Source: the human T2T-CHM13v2.0 reference genome, Homo sapiens
Direction: 5' to 3'
Assembly (NCBI GenBank): GCA_009914755.4
Contig: CP068257.2
Span: 2,848,001-2,912,000 of the forward strand
DNA: 64,000 bases
Part shown: positions 47,901-62,900 of the stretch, piece after piece
Layout: each line of letters begins with the position of its first letter
Position numbering within the stretch: the stretch's first letter is position 1
Position numbers and translations under genes: made by a program
The notes under the pieces: model-generated
The model's database searches: none
What the model saw: the letters and a program-made list of their open reading frames with translations, nothing else
Told to the model about the DNA's origin: nothing

Positions 47901-50900
47901 TATAAGAAAGTTCCAGTTGCTTGACATCATCACTAGTACTTAATTTTGTCAGTTTTCAAAAATGTGAATGATTGCATAGTGGTATTCAATTGTAGTTTTC
48001 ATATGCATTGTTCTGATGCATAAGGATGTGGATATGTTCATCTACTTGTTGGCCCTTCGGTTCTGTATGTGGAAATCCTAGTCACATGTTTGCCAATTTT
48101 GTTCAATGTATTGCATCTTTGTTTATTAATTGATGGGATTTAGTTAAATAAACTAGATAAAAGGCTTTTGCCACATCAATATATGACAAATGTTGATTTC
48201 CACTTTGTTCTTGCCTTTCATCTCTCCTGAAGCTTTTTTTTTATGAAGAGAAGGTTTTAATTCTAATAAAGTCCAATTTGTCATATTTTTGTCTTGAGAA
48301 TTAATGCATTTTGTGTCCCAAGAAATCTGGGCCTGTGCCAGTCATGGACATATTTATCTATGTTATCTACTAGAAATATTGTTTTCAGCTTTGACCTTAA
48401 AATTTAAAATCCACTTTTCATTGGAATTTGTTAATAATATAAGATAGGAGTGTTTTTTCTCACATAAATAACTGGTTGACTCAAGGCTATTTACCGAGAA
48501 GACTGTCTTCACTCCTCTTCTGTGCCTGTTTTGTAATATACAAAATGTCCAAATGTGTGAGTCTGAGTTGGACTCTCGAGTTTTTCTAGTTTTCTTTGTG
48601 CCTATTTTTGCATTACTACCATAGATAGCTTTTATTACTATAGCTTTAATCTAAGTCTGAATATATGTCATTTTAAGCTCACAAACTTTGTTATTCTTCA
48701 GGACAGTTTTTACATTTCTTCGATTTTTTATATGTATTTAAATTTTTTAAACTGATTAGACAGTTTCCACAAGATTTCTGCCAAAATATTGTATTGTGAA
48801 AATGGAAATCTATGAATCAATTTAGGGAGAAGTTACATAGAAACAAAGCAAAACAAAACACTAATAACATCCAAAACAAACTTAAAGAGAACACCACAAT
48901 AAGAAAAGAAATTCCCAAATTGGAATAAATATTTACAACTCATGAAATTACAAATGGGCTCGCATTTCCATAAAGGGCACTCTCTCTCTCCCTCTCTCTC
49001 TCTTTTTTTTTTTTTCCACAGAGACTCACTCTGTCACCCTGTCTTGAGTGCAGACGTGCAATCTCGGCTCACTGCAACCTCTGCCTCCCAAGTTTCAGCA
49101 ATTCTTCTGTCTCAGCCTCCTGAGTAGCTGGGGCTACAGGCTTGTGCCACCATTCCCGGCTAATTTTTTGTAATTTTAGTAGAGACGGGGTTTCACCAGG
49201 TTGGCCAGGCTGGTTTTTAACTCCTGACCTCAAATGATCCGCCCGCCTCAGCCTCTCAAGTGTTGAAATTACAGATGTGAGGCACCACAGCTGACCTGTA
49301 AAGACCTCTTAAAAATTAGTTAAAAAACAAACAAAACAGAAAAAGAGAAAGAAGAAACAGCCACTCAGTTAAAAGAAAAAGATAAAGAAAAAGAAAAAGA
49401 AAAGAAAAGAAAAAAAGGCAAAAGACATTATTTTACAGGTCTAGTGCCCTGTGCCCCTCACTGTAATGGGGGTGGATATGGGCTTCACAGGACATGAAAT
49501 TCATCAAACAGTTGCTGGTTGAAGGAGGGAAAATCTTGCGGGACCAGCCTCCAGAACAGAGCCTGTGGTGCACTGTTTCATCCCGTAGCCCTGGTAAGAA
49601 AACCTGGCTGTGCCGTGCTTTATGTTCACCTGCATTTGCCCTGTTCAGAGGCCTGAGCTACCGTGAACACATAAGTCTGCTCAAACTCTCCCCATCCCAA
49701 TATTCTATCTGGTATTGAGCATGACACCCTGTCTTCACTGAGCATGTGTTTATGCAGTTTTGTGACCACCTATCCATTTTACAACAGGAAGACTGAGGCC
49801 CCCAAAAAAGGCAAAGACTGGTCCATATCCCAGAAATTGGGAAGAGCACAGAGTATTAGGGAGGGATCCAGCTTCCAAGGCCTTGCATGCACCCCACCCA
49901 TCAGGTTTGCTTTGGAAATGAGTGCTCCTAAGTCCTGGAAAACCCTGTGGTCTACTTTCTACCTGGGCTTTCTACCCTTTCTTATTCTCACATAGGTGTG
50001 CAGCCATGAACACACAAACACACCACACACACACACACACACAGGCTTCTAAGGTGGAGATCATGGAGGTGAGGTTAGAGAAGAGGAAACCAGAGAAGTG
50101 ACAAAACGGGAAGAAATAGAAGAGGCAGCTTTGCCATGAGGCAGAGGCATCCACTCCCCCAGCTACATGACCAGGAGCTGACAGCATGCGATGAAGGATC
50201 CTCCAGGTTCCCTGGGTTCTTCCAGGCCTGGGGATCTTCCCAGCTGTTTCAAGAGGACAGGACAGGGGTTGTGACTCCCACCTCTATGGGCACCTGGAAC
50301 TAAAATGAGCTATGCCCTCCCCCAACCACCCCATGTGATATAAAGTGGGGCTACGGGAAAGAAAACCTTCGTTTTCTCTCTCATAAATAGGGGTACTCAA
50401 AAGGAATAATACCAAGAATTCTAGATACTCATAAGTGTCTGCTCCCCTTGGCTCTTCATTGGTAACTCACTGTGCTTTGAGACTCTGGGAAGAGGCTTTT
50501 CAGGTTCTAGAGGTCCTTCAGAGAAGAGAGAGGCCTAGAGATGTGGGCAGATGAGGACTTGGAATAAAGCAGAATGTGACAATGCACTGGGCTCTGGAGT
50601 GTGGGGCCCAGAAAAAATACTAGTTTTTTGGGCTGTCCTTGAGTTCCTCATTCAGAAGTGGAAGAAAATAATGTCTCTGAATGCTGTTAAAATGTTTAAT
50701 GAGTGCACAGCACACTCAAAGAGGCTGAGGAAAATAGGAATCAAGGGAGGTTTCCGAGGTTACTTTTATGGCCCTTGGAGTCTTCAGATACTGCTCCTTT
50801 TCCCAGGGGTCCTTGATTAGCCACTGCCTTGAGAATTCCCCAATGCAGGTGCCTGTTTTGTGATGCTTCCACCTGGGACTTCAGGGCTAGTGGAGGCCTC

Positions 50901-53900
50901 TAGGTGGCGGCAGACCCCGTGTTTCTTATGCCCGCTGGACTTTACTGGAGTAGCTGGAGCTAGGGGGGAGAGTCAGCCTGAGGTCCTGCAGCTCCTGTTA
51001 TCATTCATGATCTCCACATTATTGGGTGGCCAAAAGCGGGCAGAAGGGCTTTGTGATTTTCCATGTTATTTTACTCAGCGACTCTTCCCCTAGCACTCAC
51101 CATGTGGCAGCTACCTTGGTAGGTTCACCTTGTGGTACCAAAAATGATTATGTTATCCCTGCCTCCCGGCGGGAGCCCACGGTCTGAGGACTGCAGGACA
51201 AAAACACTAAAGCAAGTACATGTGAAAGAAAAGAGCATTTTATAATGGAAATAAAGTAGAATGTTGGGAGGGAGGGCTGGGGAGAGGTTGCCTGGAGGGG
51301 ACATGAATGCCTCCCTGAGGTGACATTATGTTGTGACCAGAATGACAACAGAGAGCCAGTCCTGCGCAGGTGTGGAAAGTGTGTCAGGGAAAAGCCACTC
51401 TTTGTGAAGAGACTCACAGGCACAGGTGAGTTCAGCAGAGGAGGTTATAACGGGACAATTGTGGCGGCAGGCAGCCTGAGAAAGAAAGGAAAAGAGGGGA
51501 GGGAGGATCCTGGGGACTGAAAGAAGAGATTAGTCATTTGCCCCTCTCTGACAAAATTTCCCTGAATTTTAGCACATGTTGACAACAAATACTATCTCAC
51601 AACTTTTGTGAACCAGAATCTCGATATAGCTTAGTTGGGTGCCTCTGCCTCAAGGTCTCTTACGAGGCTGGGGCTGTGATTTCAACTGAAGCTGGATTTG
51701 AGGAGAGATCAGCCTTCTATCTGCCTCATGGAAACTGGCACGATTCAGTGTGAACTGAGAGCCCGAGTTCCTTCCTCTCGATTGGCCTGGGCATCTCCTC
51801 AGTTCTCTATCATGTGGGTCTGTGCCTAGAGCATCTTAGGACACTGTAGATCACTTCCTCATCTTGAGGATTACAATACAGAGATGGAAAATGAAAGAGA
51901 TAGACAGACATATGCAGAGAAAAAGAGAGAAAGGGAGACAGAGAGATTGAGAGAGGACGCACAGGACAGAGCAAGTAAGAGGAAAATAATAGCTGTTTTA
52001 GAAATATAAATTTGGAAGTTGCAGTAGACTATGTGATTCCCCACCATGTTCACATACCAGAACCTTAATCCCCAGTGTAATGGCCTTAGCAGGTCAGAGG
52101 TAATTAAGTCCAAAGCATGAGGACCTCATGATAGCGATTACGGGCTTTGTAAAAGAAACCGCAGAAGGTTGTCTCTCCCTCTCTCTGCTAAATGAGAAAA
52201 CAACCTGAAGTCTGGAGTTTGAAACTCAGAAGAGAGTCCTTACCAGACCCCAACCATGCTGGAAGCCCAATCTCAAATTTCTGGCCTCTAGAACTAATGT
52301 CTTTTATTTATAAGTTGCCTAGTCTATGTTTTTTGGTATAGAAGTCTGAACTAAGTCAGAAGTGATAACCTATCACATTTGTTGTTTTCCCTTTGACAGA
52401 AACTAGAACCAGGTCCCCAAAGAGTTCATCCAATGACTAGCAGAAATTCTTCAGTTTGCAGAATGACAGATAAGAAAAGATACAACTTGTTGAAAGAATG
52501 AAATTTATTCCACTTATGAGACTTCTAAAAAGTGGCTAAAATTGGTCGGAACCAATATGGTCAACTGGAGTCTGTGTGAAATAAGCTCACTGATGTGAAA
52601 GCCCAAATTTCCATCACATGTTTTGTACTGACTGTCCCCAAATTTGCACATGTGACCTGTGTGTAGCAAGAAAAAATAGTTGTTCATGCCCAGTGATTTT
52701 CCATACATTTTTCCTTTAAGCAATTCCGTACTAATCCAGAACCTACCTCCTAAACCTTTCTGAGAATATTACTACCTTTAAGTAAGCACAGGGAAACAGA
52801 CTTGAGCTGGAATCCCATCTCTTTGTTAGAAACCCGGTGTTATAGTACCTGCTTCTGAGGCACTGAGAGGTGAGCTGCGTTTTAAAATAACAGAGTCACT
52901 CACAACTTAGTGTTGTTGTAAGACTTTGTTGGGGGCGCCCACCACATAGGCTGAGATGAGGCATATACATATGATTCTAAAAATAATGCACAGCACTGGA
53001 ATATTTAATGCCAGAAGACAGTATCTGATTTTCTTTTAATTTCAACCTCTTCTGCTGTGGAATGGAAAATTAAGGCCATATATATAAAATATATATCTTT
53101 TATGTATAAAGATACATAAACTATGTATCTTTTATATATAAAGATATATATGTATAAGTTTATATATTATATATAGTTATATATAATTGATATATATATA
53201 GTTATATATAATATATAAATAAAATTATTTATATACATTATATATATATATATTTTTTGAGACACAGTCTCGCTCTGTCACCCAGGCTGGAGTGCAGTGG
53301 CAGGATCATGGCTCAATGTAATCTCTGCTTCCTGGGCTCAAGTGATTCTTACACCTCAGCCTCCTGAGTGGCTGGGATTACAGGCATGCATCAACACATC
53401 TGGCTAATTTTTGGATTTTTAGTAGAGAAGGGTTTTTGCCATGCTGGCCATGGCTGGTTTCAAACCCCTGGCCTTAAGTGTTCCAGCTGCCTTGGTCTAC
53501 CAATCTGCTAAGATTACAGCAAGAGCCACTGCATCCAACCGATTTTGATTCATTCTATCTCATATATCACCAAAGACTGTTTTTGGAAGTTGATGTTAGC
53601 ATAATCCCATTATGCATACTTCAGGGCTGGGGAGACCTGAAGCACACAGTCATTTTCATATGGTCACAGAAATGAAAAGGAAAAGAAGATTTTAACCCAA
53701 CTCTGTTCTCTCAAACCTGGGGCCCTGGCTGCATTTAGAACTTTTTGGGAAGTAAGGGACATAATTGTGTTTGCATAACTGTTTACAGGTAAAGAGTTGA
53801 CATGGGAGAGGAGGGTGAGCAATCAGCAGCCCAGCAGGGACTTTGCATAGATTTATGGAGGAAAAGGGCTCAGGGGATAAAACCTTGAAGAAGTTAACAG

Positions 53901-56900
53901 ACTTCCCTTGTGACAAAACCTAACAGAATTTAGAACTTTGGGAACCAGAAACCCACATTCTAGAGACAGCCCTGTATCTAGCTAACTTCTTGGGAGATGC
54001 TTGAGAGGGCACTGTGTTCTCATTGTAGGTTATATTCCCAAGCTGTTGCCTGAGAAAGGCCCAAAGTGAGAGCCTTTTCTGACAGTATACATACTGGCTC
54101 AGCCTACATCCTTGATACCATTGGCCATTCGACAAGAGGCACCCACAGGTAACACAGTGTAGCCCAGGGCAGTTCCGTCCATGCCAGGCCACCTGTGTCA
54201 TCTAATCTGGGCAACCCGACCCTGCCTACAATTACCCTGTGTTGCAAGGGGAGCAGGAAAGGAGGGGGCTTTTCCTCACAGGGGCAGGTTTTAAGACACA
54301 GGAACCCTGGTGGGTCTGTCATGTTCATACCCAGGTCACGGTTGGTGGAATAAAAAGTTGTGAGTTGCGGACCAAGTACGTCTACTCAGATGTGAATCCC
54401 AAGGCCTTAAGCTGTCCTCGGGTTTCCTCATTGGCTGGGGGTCTATGCAGATACTCCTATGTTCCTGATCTAGGAAACAGAATTTCTAATGGAGATGTCA
54501 CCTGGTGGTAAAAACAAAGAAGACAATTAACTTTTTTTGCTGCTGGGAACACTCTTTGTAGAGCTGCATTAAAATCAGTGAGCAGATATTTGATGGGTTC
54601 AAGTCCCCCATCTCCTTGGACAACTGGCAGGTTCACCACACCCCCAAGCATGGCATACAATGAGTTATGGTGAGAGCAGGCACATGGGGGTCTCTACAGA
54701 GAGGGACCTGACAAAACCAGGATGGGCCCAGGATCCAGACCCAAACATGGAATTTCTCTGCACTTTCTCCTAGGGGATTTCCATGAGTGACCCTCAGATC
54801 TACCCCCCAAAAATCTAGCCTTAACTGGTTCCAGTGGCAACCTGGTTAAGTGTAAAGTCCCTTTTTACATTCTTGTAGAAATATCAGAGAAGACCTTTGT
54901 GTTGTTTTTACTTTACACTAGGCTATATTTATTCATGTTACTACAGTTTGTATAGTTTTAATTATTCCCCCCGATATCATCTGTAGCAGGCAGCTTCACG
55001 GTACTGCCAGCCTTTCTCCAAGACTTGAAAGCCACCACTATCACTAATACTCTACAAAAATAGGGAAGAGTTTACATGAAAAAGGGGTTATATTGTTTCC
55101 TGCATTTGTCTGCAATGTGTCATCTAAGAGAACTCATCCCAGTAGCCCATCAGGGCAGAAGTGGTGCCCTCACATATCTTTGTAATGTTATATAATGGAG
55201 GTCACTTCCCAGAGTGGTTTAGCCTTTCAATGGCTATTATTTCTGATCAAAATGGAATAAAACTAGAAATGAATAACAGAACAAAACAAAAATAGCAACA
55301 TATATATGGAAATTAAACAACTCACTTTTGAGCATGCTCATGTTTAACGGTTGTAAGACTTAATATTATGAATAATGCTTATGATGTCTAAAGCGAGTTA
55401 CAGATTCAATGCAATCCCTTTTAAATTAAGAATTTTTTTTTGAAATAGAAAAAGGAACCAACAAATTATATGGAATGTCAAGCGACCATAAAGAGCCCAA
55501 AAATGTTTAAAAAAAAAACAATGTTAGTGACCTCACCTTTTCTGATTTCAAAGCACATTACAAAGCAACAGCAATGAAAACAGTTTGTTTCTGGCATAAA
55601 GACAGACAATTTTTCCAATAAAACAGAAGGTAGCAAACATGTAAACCTCACACATATGAGCAAATAGCTATTTGCATACCAATATTCATTGGAGCATTAT
55701 TCAGAAAGGCCAATAGGTGAAAGCAACACAAACTTTCCTCATAGGATGAATAAATAAATACAATTTGTAATATAAAAGTAATGGAATATTACTTAGCTTT
55801 TAAAGGCAGAAAATCTTGTACCATCCACAATAAAGAGGAATCTTGAGAACATAATGCTAAGTAAAATTAGTCACAATAAAACAGATACTCTATGATTCTA
55901 CTTATATGTAATATCTAAAGTATTGAAACTTAGAACCAGAAAATAGAATGATTTTTATCATGAGCCAGGTGGTAAGGACAATGGGTAGTTGTCATTTCAT
56001 GTGTACTGAGTTTTAGTTTTGCAAAAGAAAAAATTTTACAAATATGTTGCATAACAATGTAAATACACTTAACATGACTGAACTGTATAAGAAAAAATAT
56101 TAAAGATTCTAAATTTTATGTTATGTATTTTTACCACAATGGAAATTAAAAATGACACCCAAGGGCCAAGAGTGATCACTCATGCCTGTAATCCCAGCAC
56201 TCTGGGAGGCTGAGGCATGCAGGTTACTTGAGGCCATAAGTTCAAGACCAGCCTGGCCAACATGGTGAAACCCCAGCTTCATGAAAAATACAAAAATTAG
56301 CCAGGCGCGGTGGTGCACAACTTTAATGCCAGCTACTCAAGAGGCAGCAGCTGGAGAATTGCTTTAACCTGGGAGGTAGAGGTTGCAGTGATCCAAGATT
56401 GTGCCACTGCACTTTGGCAACAGGGTGAGAGTCTGTCAAAAGAAAAAAAAAAAAAAATGACACCCGAAGAGACAGAGTTACAAAGTTTCTGAAAAATTAT
56501 CTTCAAATCGCATAAATCTTTCTTTCACACTAAGATAATATAAACAATAGATGTTGAAATTAAGACAATTTCCATGATTACTCACTTAGACAGAATAAAT
56601 TATTGGCCATCAAATAAGAAGAAAATATACAAGTCATAAACAAAATAGGGGCAATATTTATACAGGCAAACAAACAGTGAAATCATTATATTAACAAAAG
56701 ACATAGGGATGGTTCATATTTGACTTCTGCCCCACACTGTCTTAATGCATACAGAGTTGAATATTGTTATACAATATTATATTATACAAATTAAAACTTA
56801 AAACAATAAACTAATATAAGGTGCCCTACCCTAAAACATGAAACACAGAAATGTAAAATTGCAAAACAAAGTTAAAATAAACATTAACCCCCAAATTCTT

Positions 56901-59900
56901 ATTTGAATAATGAAATTCAAAATCATAATAAATAGGTAGAAAGTAAAAACACAATTAACTGATGTGAGACAGCCTACTCTAAAAAATACAGAAACATAAA
57001 ATTATAAAACATAATTAAGAGAAACTTTAATCCATAAAATCCTGAATAAACATAGTGTCCAAATGAAAAAGAATCCTAGGTAACTACAATTTTTAACTCT
57101 TCCTGTGAATCTATGAAAAGTATGAATTTTGAATTATTTGGATACAGTTAGGACAACAACATTTCAGAGAAAACACATTATAATTATTACAAAGAGCTGT
57201 GATGAGAAAGTTTTAAGGAATAAGCATTTAAGTAATACTAGAGAAAGTTTTAAATTATGCTACTGATGCATTGCTGCTTTTCTTACACAAAACGGTAAGG
57301 CTGTAATCTAGCTTTTAATTGAAAAGTATTACATTTCTAAATATGGTAACAATATAAATATTGTAAATATAGTATAAAACATTGACATATAAAATAAAAA
57401 TTGGAAATAAATTGTACTATTAGTCAAATAAAAGTTGGGAAAACTGGAAGAAGATGCTAATAGTAACATTGTGCCTAGAGTCAATTAAACATACAAGCCA
57501 AATATTTTAATAAATTATAAATTATATAATTTATACATAATATATACATTTGAGCATGCTATTTTACAACTTCTGAAAGGAAATTACAGACAAATGTGAC
57601 ATATGATAATTTAGAAAGTGAAAACACAGTCATAGTAATCTTCATATTAAAGAAGACAGAATCATAAAATACTAAGTGAGAAATAAGGTAATAATTGTGA
57701 ATTCAATATATGTTGAACAATATTCTAATTTCCCTTACGGAAAAAGTTTTTGTAAGAAATCAGTAGAATGAGTACATACAATAAACCATCCTACAGTAGA
57801 GGCTGTTGGCATATAGAGTTTACATTTCTATGATTAGGTCCTACTAAGAAAAAGGAAATTTTAAAATAAAATACTTAGATTTTCCTATTTAATAAGATAA
57901 TTTTTGCCTATAAAGTTTTTCTGTCTAATTTTCTTGTAGAATTAGGTTTTAGTCGTCGTAAAACTTGACATTATGAAGCAGAAAACAGGTGTCATCTGTC
58001 TCTGGTGTTCCTGGAATTTCTAACCCAAATGCCAATTCCTCCACAACTCCCCTCACACACTTCTGAATTGAAGCACAACAGATTTATTAAAAATGGCATA
58101 ACAGCGGTCTCCAGACATGTGCAGAGATTTTCCCAGATCCCCAAAAGCAATGACAAACTATTCAGATCATTTAGGTTCTCACAAGATACTGGGAGGACTT
58201 TGGCTTTCAGTGTGAATGCACTGGAAGATTCTAAGAGAGAGGGAGAGAGAGAGAATGTGTGTGTGTTGAAATCAGAACCCCACCTTATGTGTTTATTGTG
58301 GAAATTGAAAATGAAAGCCTAAAGTTGAAAATTAAAATCACACATGATAGCACATTGCAAACTATTTTCTGTGCTAGATGGGTCGTTCTAGGGTGTAGGA
58401 CCCTGGAAACACCGTTTTCCCCTCCTTCCGGAAAGAGCTACTCACACTGCTCAAAGCCTACATTTACATGTACCATGTCGAAGACCAGCTCAAGAACCTG
58501 GACCCATATGCCACCTTCAGCAGGGTTGACTGCAGCTGCTTGTTCTTCCTGAGCATCTTCTCCAATGGTGACCTGAGAGTTGCGGGAGGCATTGGGGCCA
58601 GGATTGAACAGAGGAAAAAGGAGCACGGAGGCCAGGTGCTGAGGACCAGGCCATCTCACCTGGAGAGTTCTGGCCCTGAGACATCCAGACCAGCATGACG
58701 TTTAGGTGCAGACAGCTGGCCCTGGGTGGCCCTGTGCTGATCACCGGCCTCGGCCCCTCAAACAGTGAGAAATGGAAGAATGGCTTGGAAATGGGCACTG
58801 TCGACAGTGTGTCACCTGAGCACATTCTCCCAGGGGCCCAAGAGGGGCCATCGTGTCTCTAGAACCAGAACTGGAAGGTGAAACTGCCAGGGGGAACAAG
58901 GAAGAGGGTCCTCAGTTGGGTGGAGGGTCTCACAGCAAGACGCCTGGCTTAATCAAGCTTGGCCATTCCTGAAGCACGTTCAGTGACTAAAAGTGCCTAC
59001 CATGAGCAGCTGGAACACACTCTCTGAGAGCTGCAAGATGCATGGAGACCTCAAGTACCTGTTTGTAATTACAGCCAAGGACCAGCAGGCAGCATTACCG
59101 CATCCACATGGGCTTTTGCTGGAAACAGTAAGTCTCTGCCAGCCCCTCCCAGGCTCCTGGGATGCCACTTGTTCTGGGTCTGTGGACAGATAACCAGGAC
59201 ACTTACTCAGTGAAGCCCATCGTTCAACCCCAGCCCCACCATACCCTGTCTCCTAAGCCATTCCTCATCCCAGAAGGAAAGGCAATGCCTTTGTCCCACA
59301 GCCCCTGCCTTGTGTCATGTCATGTGGGGGTATGGAATGAACCCGTCAGCCTAAACTCCAGTCCTTCTGCCTGAGGAATCTGTCCCCGCTGTCTGAGTCG
59401 CCCTCTAGGGAGCTGTCAGTGGGATAGAGAGCAGCCCTGGAAGAGAGGCCCACCTTCTTCTGTTTGACTTCAGGACAGCCTTTCAGGGCAAGAACCCAGA
59501 GCAGATGGAGGCCTCACAGAAGCCTGTGGCAGGGCTCTGGGCTTCGTGGGCTAAGCATCTCCCTCTCTGATGACTGCCATGGGGCCCACAACCACTCATT
59601 CAAGAGGGTCACCACCACATTGCAGGTGTGCAGCTGGACGGTTCCCCAGGCAGAGCCTGCCATGGACTGCATGCACAGAGACGATGCACACCTTGAAGTT
59701 GGACAATGAGGAGAACATTCCTGAAGAGGTGCATGCAGCCTGGCCCTGCCCTCACTGGGAACCCCCTTCCATCTGGGTACTAGACAGAATTCTGTGCACT
59801 TTTCTGGAGGCTCCATGCTGGTCTGTTCATTTGGAAGTTTGATGCTGTCCGTGAGGAAGTAACAAAAGAGATATCTCAGAGCCGGTTGTTTGTCACAGGC

Positions 59901-62900
59901 TGAGCGATTTTCTCCCTCCCTAATCCCTCTGCAGACACGGGGCTGGAACAAGGACCTATGGATAATGAGGGAATTTCTCTTCGAGAACCTGCCTGAGCTG
60001 CTGCTTCAAGAAAGAGCCACATTAAAGGTGCCTATAGCCCCTGATGAGGGAATGGCAGCCTCAGGCCTGCCTGCCATCTGTGAGCAGGTTTTCTTGCTAA
60101 CAGGATGAAAGCAAAGAAAGCTGGAATGAGCCCAGCCCTCTCAGGCACCTTGAAGACCGTTGGGGTTCCTTCCAGCCCTTCTAGCCTTATGCTTTTTGGC
60201 AGGCCACTCAGGCACCTTTTTCCAGCCTCTGAGACTTCCATGCTCTGGAAGAAGAGGGTCCCACTTTTCACTAGGCTATGGGGCCAGGCCCATCCAGCTC
60301 CCGGCTGCCACTAACAACCATGGGGCTCTCACCTGGGCACACACTGCCCAAACATGGCCCTTCTAAGGCAGAAGATCATGTGTCTTGCAGTTTCAGCTTG
60401 CTAGGGCTTAAAAGTTATCAGTGCTGTTATTAAGATAGGGAAGTGAGAAAGGAAAACTTGCTGTAAAAGTTTCCCATAATCTTACCACGGAGATCATCAG
60501 CACAGATGACAGCACAGGCAGGGCTGCTGGGGAGGCTGAGGGAGAGTGTCCAGCCTGTTCTGCCAGCTGGTCCTTGCCAGGGGTGTCTCGTGACCCAGTC
60601 CCTTAGAGAAGCATGCAGATATCTCAGCAAGTATCTGGAAGGTGTAGATCAGGGCAACCCAGCACTACTGATGGTGGAGTGGGGCTACCTCCCATCAAGC
60701 TGTGTCTCCACAGCTGACCCTTGTAACCCGGAGGTGTTTTACAACATGTGCAAGGCAATGAGCCCCATCAGCTGTGTGGCATTCAACACTCACTTCAACT
60801 CGTACATCTCACCAGAAAGCAGTGGGGACTGACCAGTGCAGAAGCCTGCAAAGTAGATCAGAGCATCATGGGGTGGGGGATGTGGAGCCTGCCTGCTCAT
60901 CTGAGCACTTCTCCCTGAGGGTGTGATCTGCAGGATTCCTGAAGGAGGGCTGTGAGCTCATCAGGGAGGCCCTGAGCCTGTGGAACATGCCTGAGGCCAA
61001 GCCCATGGGGATTTGTGTCTACTTGCACCTCCTTGCTCATCTCAGTACACTACAGGTGACTGTGCCGAGGTGGGCCTTGAGCATCCCCTGGGCTGTGTCA
61101 GCAAAGGGCTCTGGGTCTGGCCTGGCATTGAGGGATGGCAAATAAGGGGCCTGGGGTTGCATTGTCACCCCCTATGGTAGCATAAAATGAGAGAGTCCAG
61201 ACCTGCAGGACTGGAACCCTAACAAAGGGGTTAGGAGACTGCTCACTTTCCCTCAGGGACCCATGTGGAGGAGCTGAGGGAGGTTAAGGAGACCCTAGGG
61301 ACTCACTTGTTCTGTCTGGGCTTCCCCCTGCTCCATCGTTTGATGACCATTTTTTGGGAAGAGCTCAGGAACCTCCTGTGCTCTAGTGAGACGGGGCCTC
61401 CCCTCACAGGGTATTCTGAGACTGTGAGTGAGAAGCTAACACAGTGCCTTGCAATACTCACGGGAGCTGTCATCCTCTGTGACCATCACGTGGCCTTGTA
61501 GTGTTCAGACTGCCTGGCCTGCCTGGGGTTTGGTGAGGCTGTTTTGTGGTCAGCTGCTTTAGAAGCTCACTTTCTCTGCAATCAAACAGTGACTGTTTTC
61601 ATGTCTGTTTATGGGTTTAAAAAATCCTAATATTTCCTTTATAGTAGTTCACCTTGTATGTGTTTATTTGTATAAATTTTATTAGAGTAAAGAGAGCTTA
61701 AGACAATAGCATTTTAAGGTCTTAATGGGGCATAGACTTTCATGTCACAACAGCTAATGTTGACCTCCTTTTGCTGCCTTTGTGTAAATTACACATAAAA
61801 AGTGCAACCAGAGGTGACTAGAGCTGAGCTTCTTGGGCTTGCTTGCTGGCCTGCAGTCAGGTGGACTCTGGCTGTGAGGCAGTGCCCACCCTGGATCTAC
61901 ATCCCCCACTCTCTCTCCTTAGTCCCTGAGTAACCAACAAGGCCGTGCTAATGAGAGGGCGAGTGATGGGCATCGGGCACCCCAATACTATCCGGGAAGA
62001 TTTGAATGCCATCTGGGCTGGAGCTGTTGGGATTACGGGCTGTGGCTGTCTTGGCTTGTCATGGTGCCACCCACAGATGTGCCTGCCCTGTGCTGCTTCG
62101 CCAGGAGCCGGCTGCCCATGGCCCTGAGCCTGTCACACCATGCTTGCTACCTCATGCTGCTTGTGTTTGAAAAACCCATCCCGAGATGACGCTGCTGGAT
62201 GTAAGTCCTGAAAAGAGGGCATCACCTTTGTCCTGGGGGATTAGGAGCTGACCAGATTACTCTTGACTCCCTCCCAGAACAAGTGGGGCAGGTGCTGCAA
62301 TTAATGTTGCCCCCCAGAAGATGTGTTTGCACTGGCTGAGCAAATATACGATGCAGAGACCTAAATGAAGACACGTGAATGGGGTGTGTGGACATCAGTT
62401 AGTAGCTGGGAAACAGGTGCCTCTCAGGCCTCTCGTGCTCCAGCAAGTGTGGAATATGCCTGTGCCCATGAGTGTAGACATCTGGAGTGTATACATTTGG
62501 CTGCTGCTTTTGCTGCCACTATTCCCAGGCCCAACCTGGCTTAAAGTCCAGGTTTTAAGTAAAAAGTAGGAGGCTTTTTGCCACACAGCTACTTGAGAGG
62601 CTGAGGTGAAAGCATCACTGGAGCCTAAGAGATTGAGGCTGCAGTGACCCATGATTCAGCCACTGCACTGACACAGTGAGACCTGCGTGTGCCTTTCTAC
62701 AGAGAATACCTCTGGGGCATTTGGGGATCCCTACAGTCCCGGACCCTCCCTGTCCCCTGCTGCCTGTGCTTCTTCCCTTGCCTGCTGTCAGAGCCTAACA
62801 TGGAGGAGGAGGTTGCCGCCCTGTGAGCCTGAGGGAGCTGTGTCTGACTGGAACTTCTGTCTGGGGTTTTGCGAAGACCTACTTATGAATATGGTCTGTC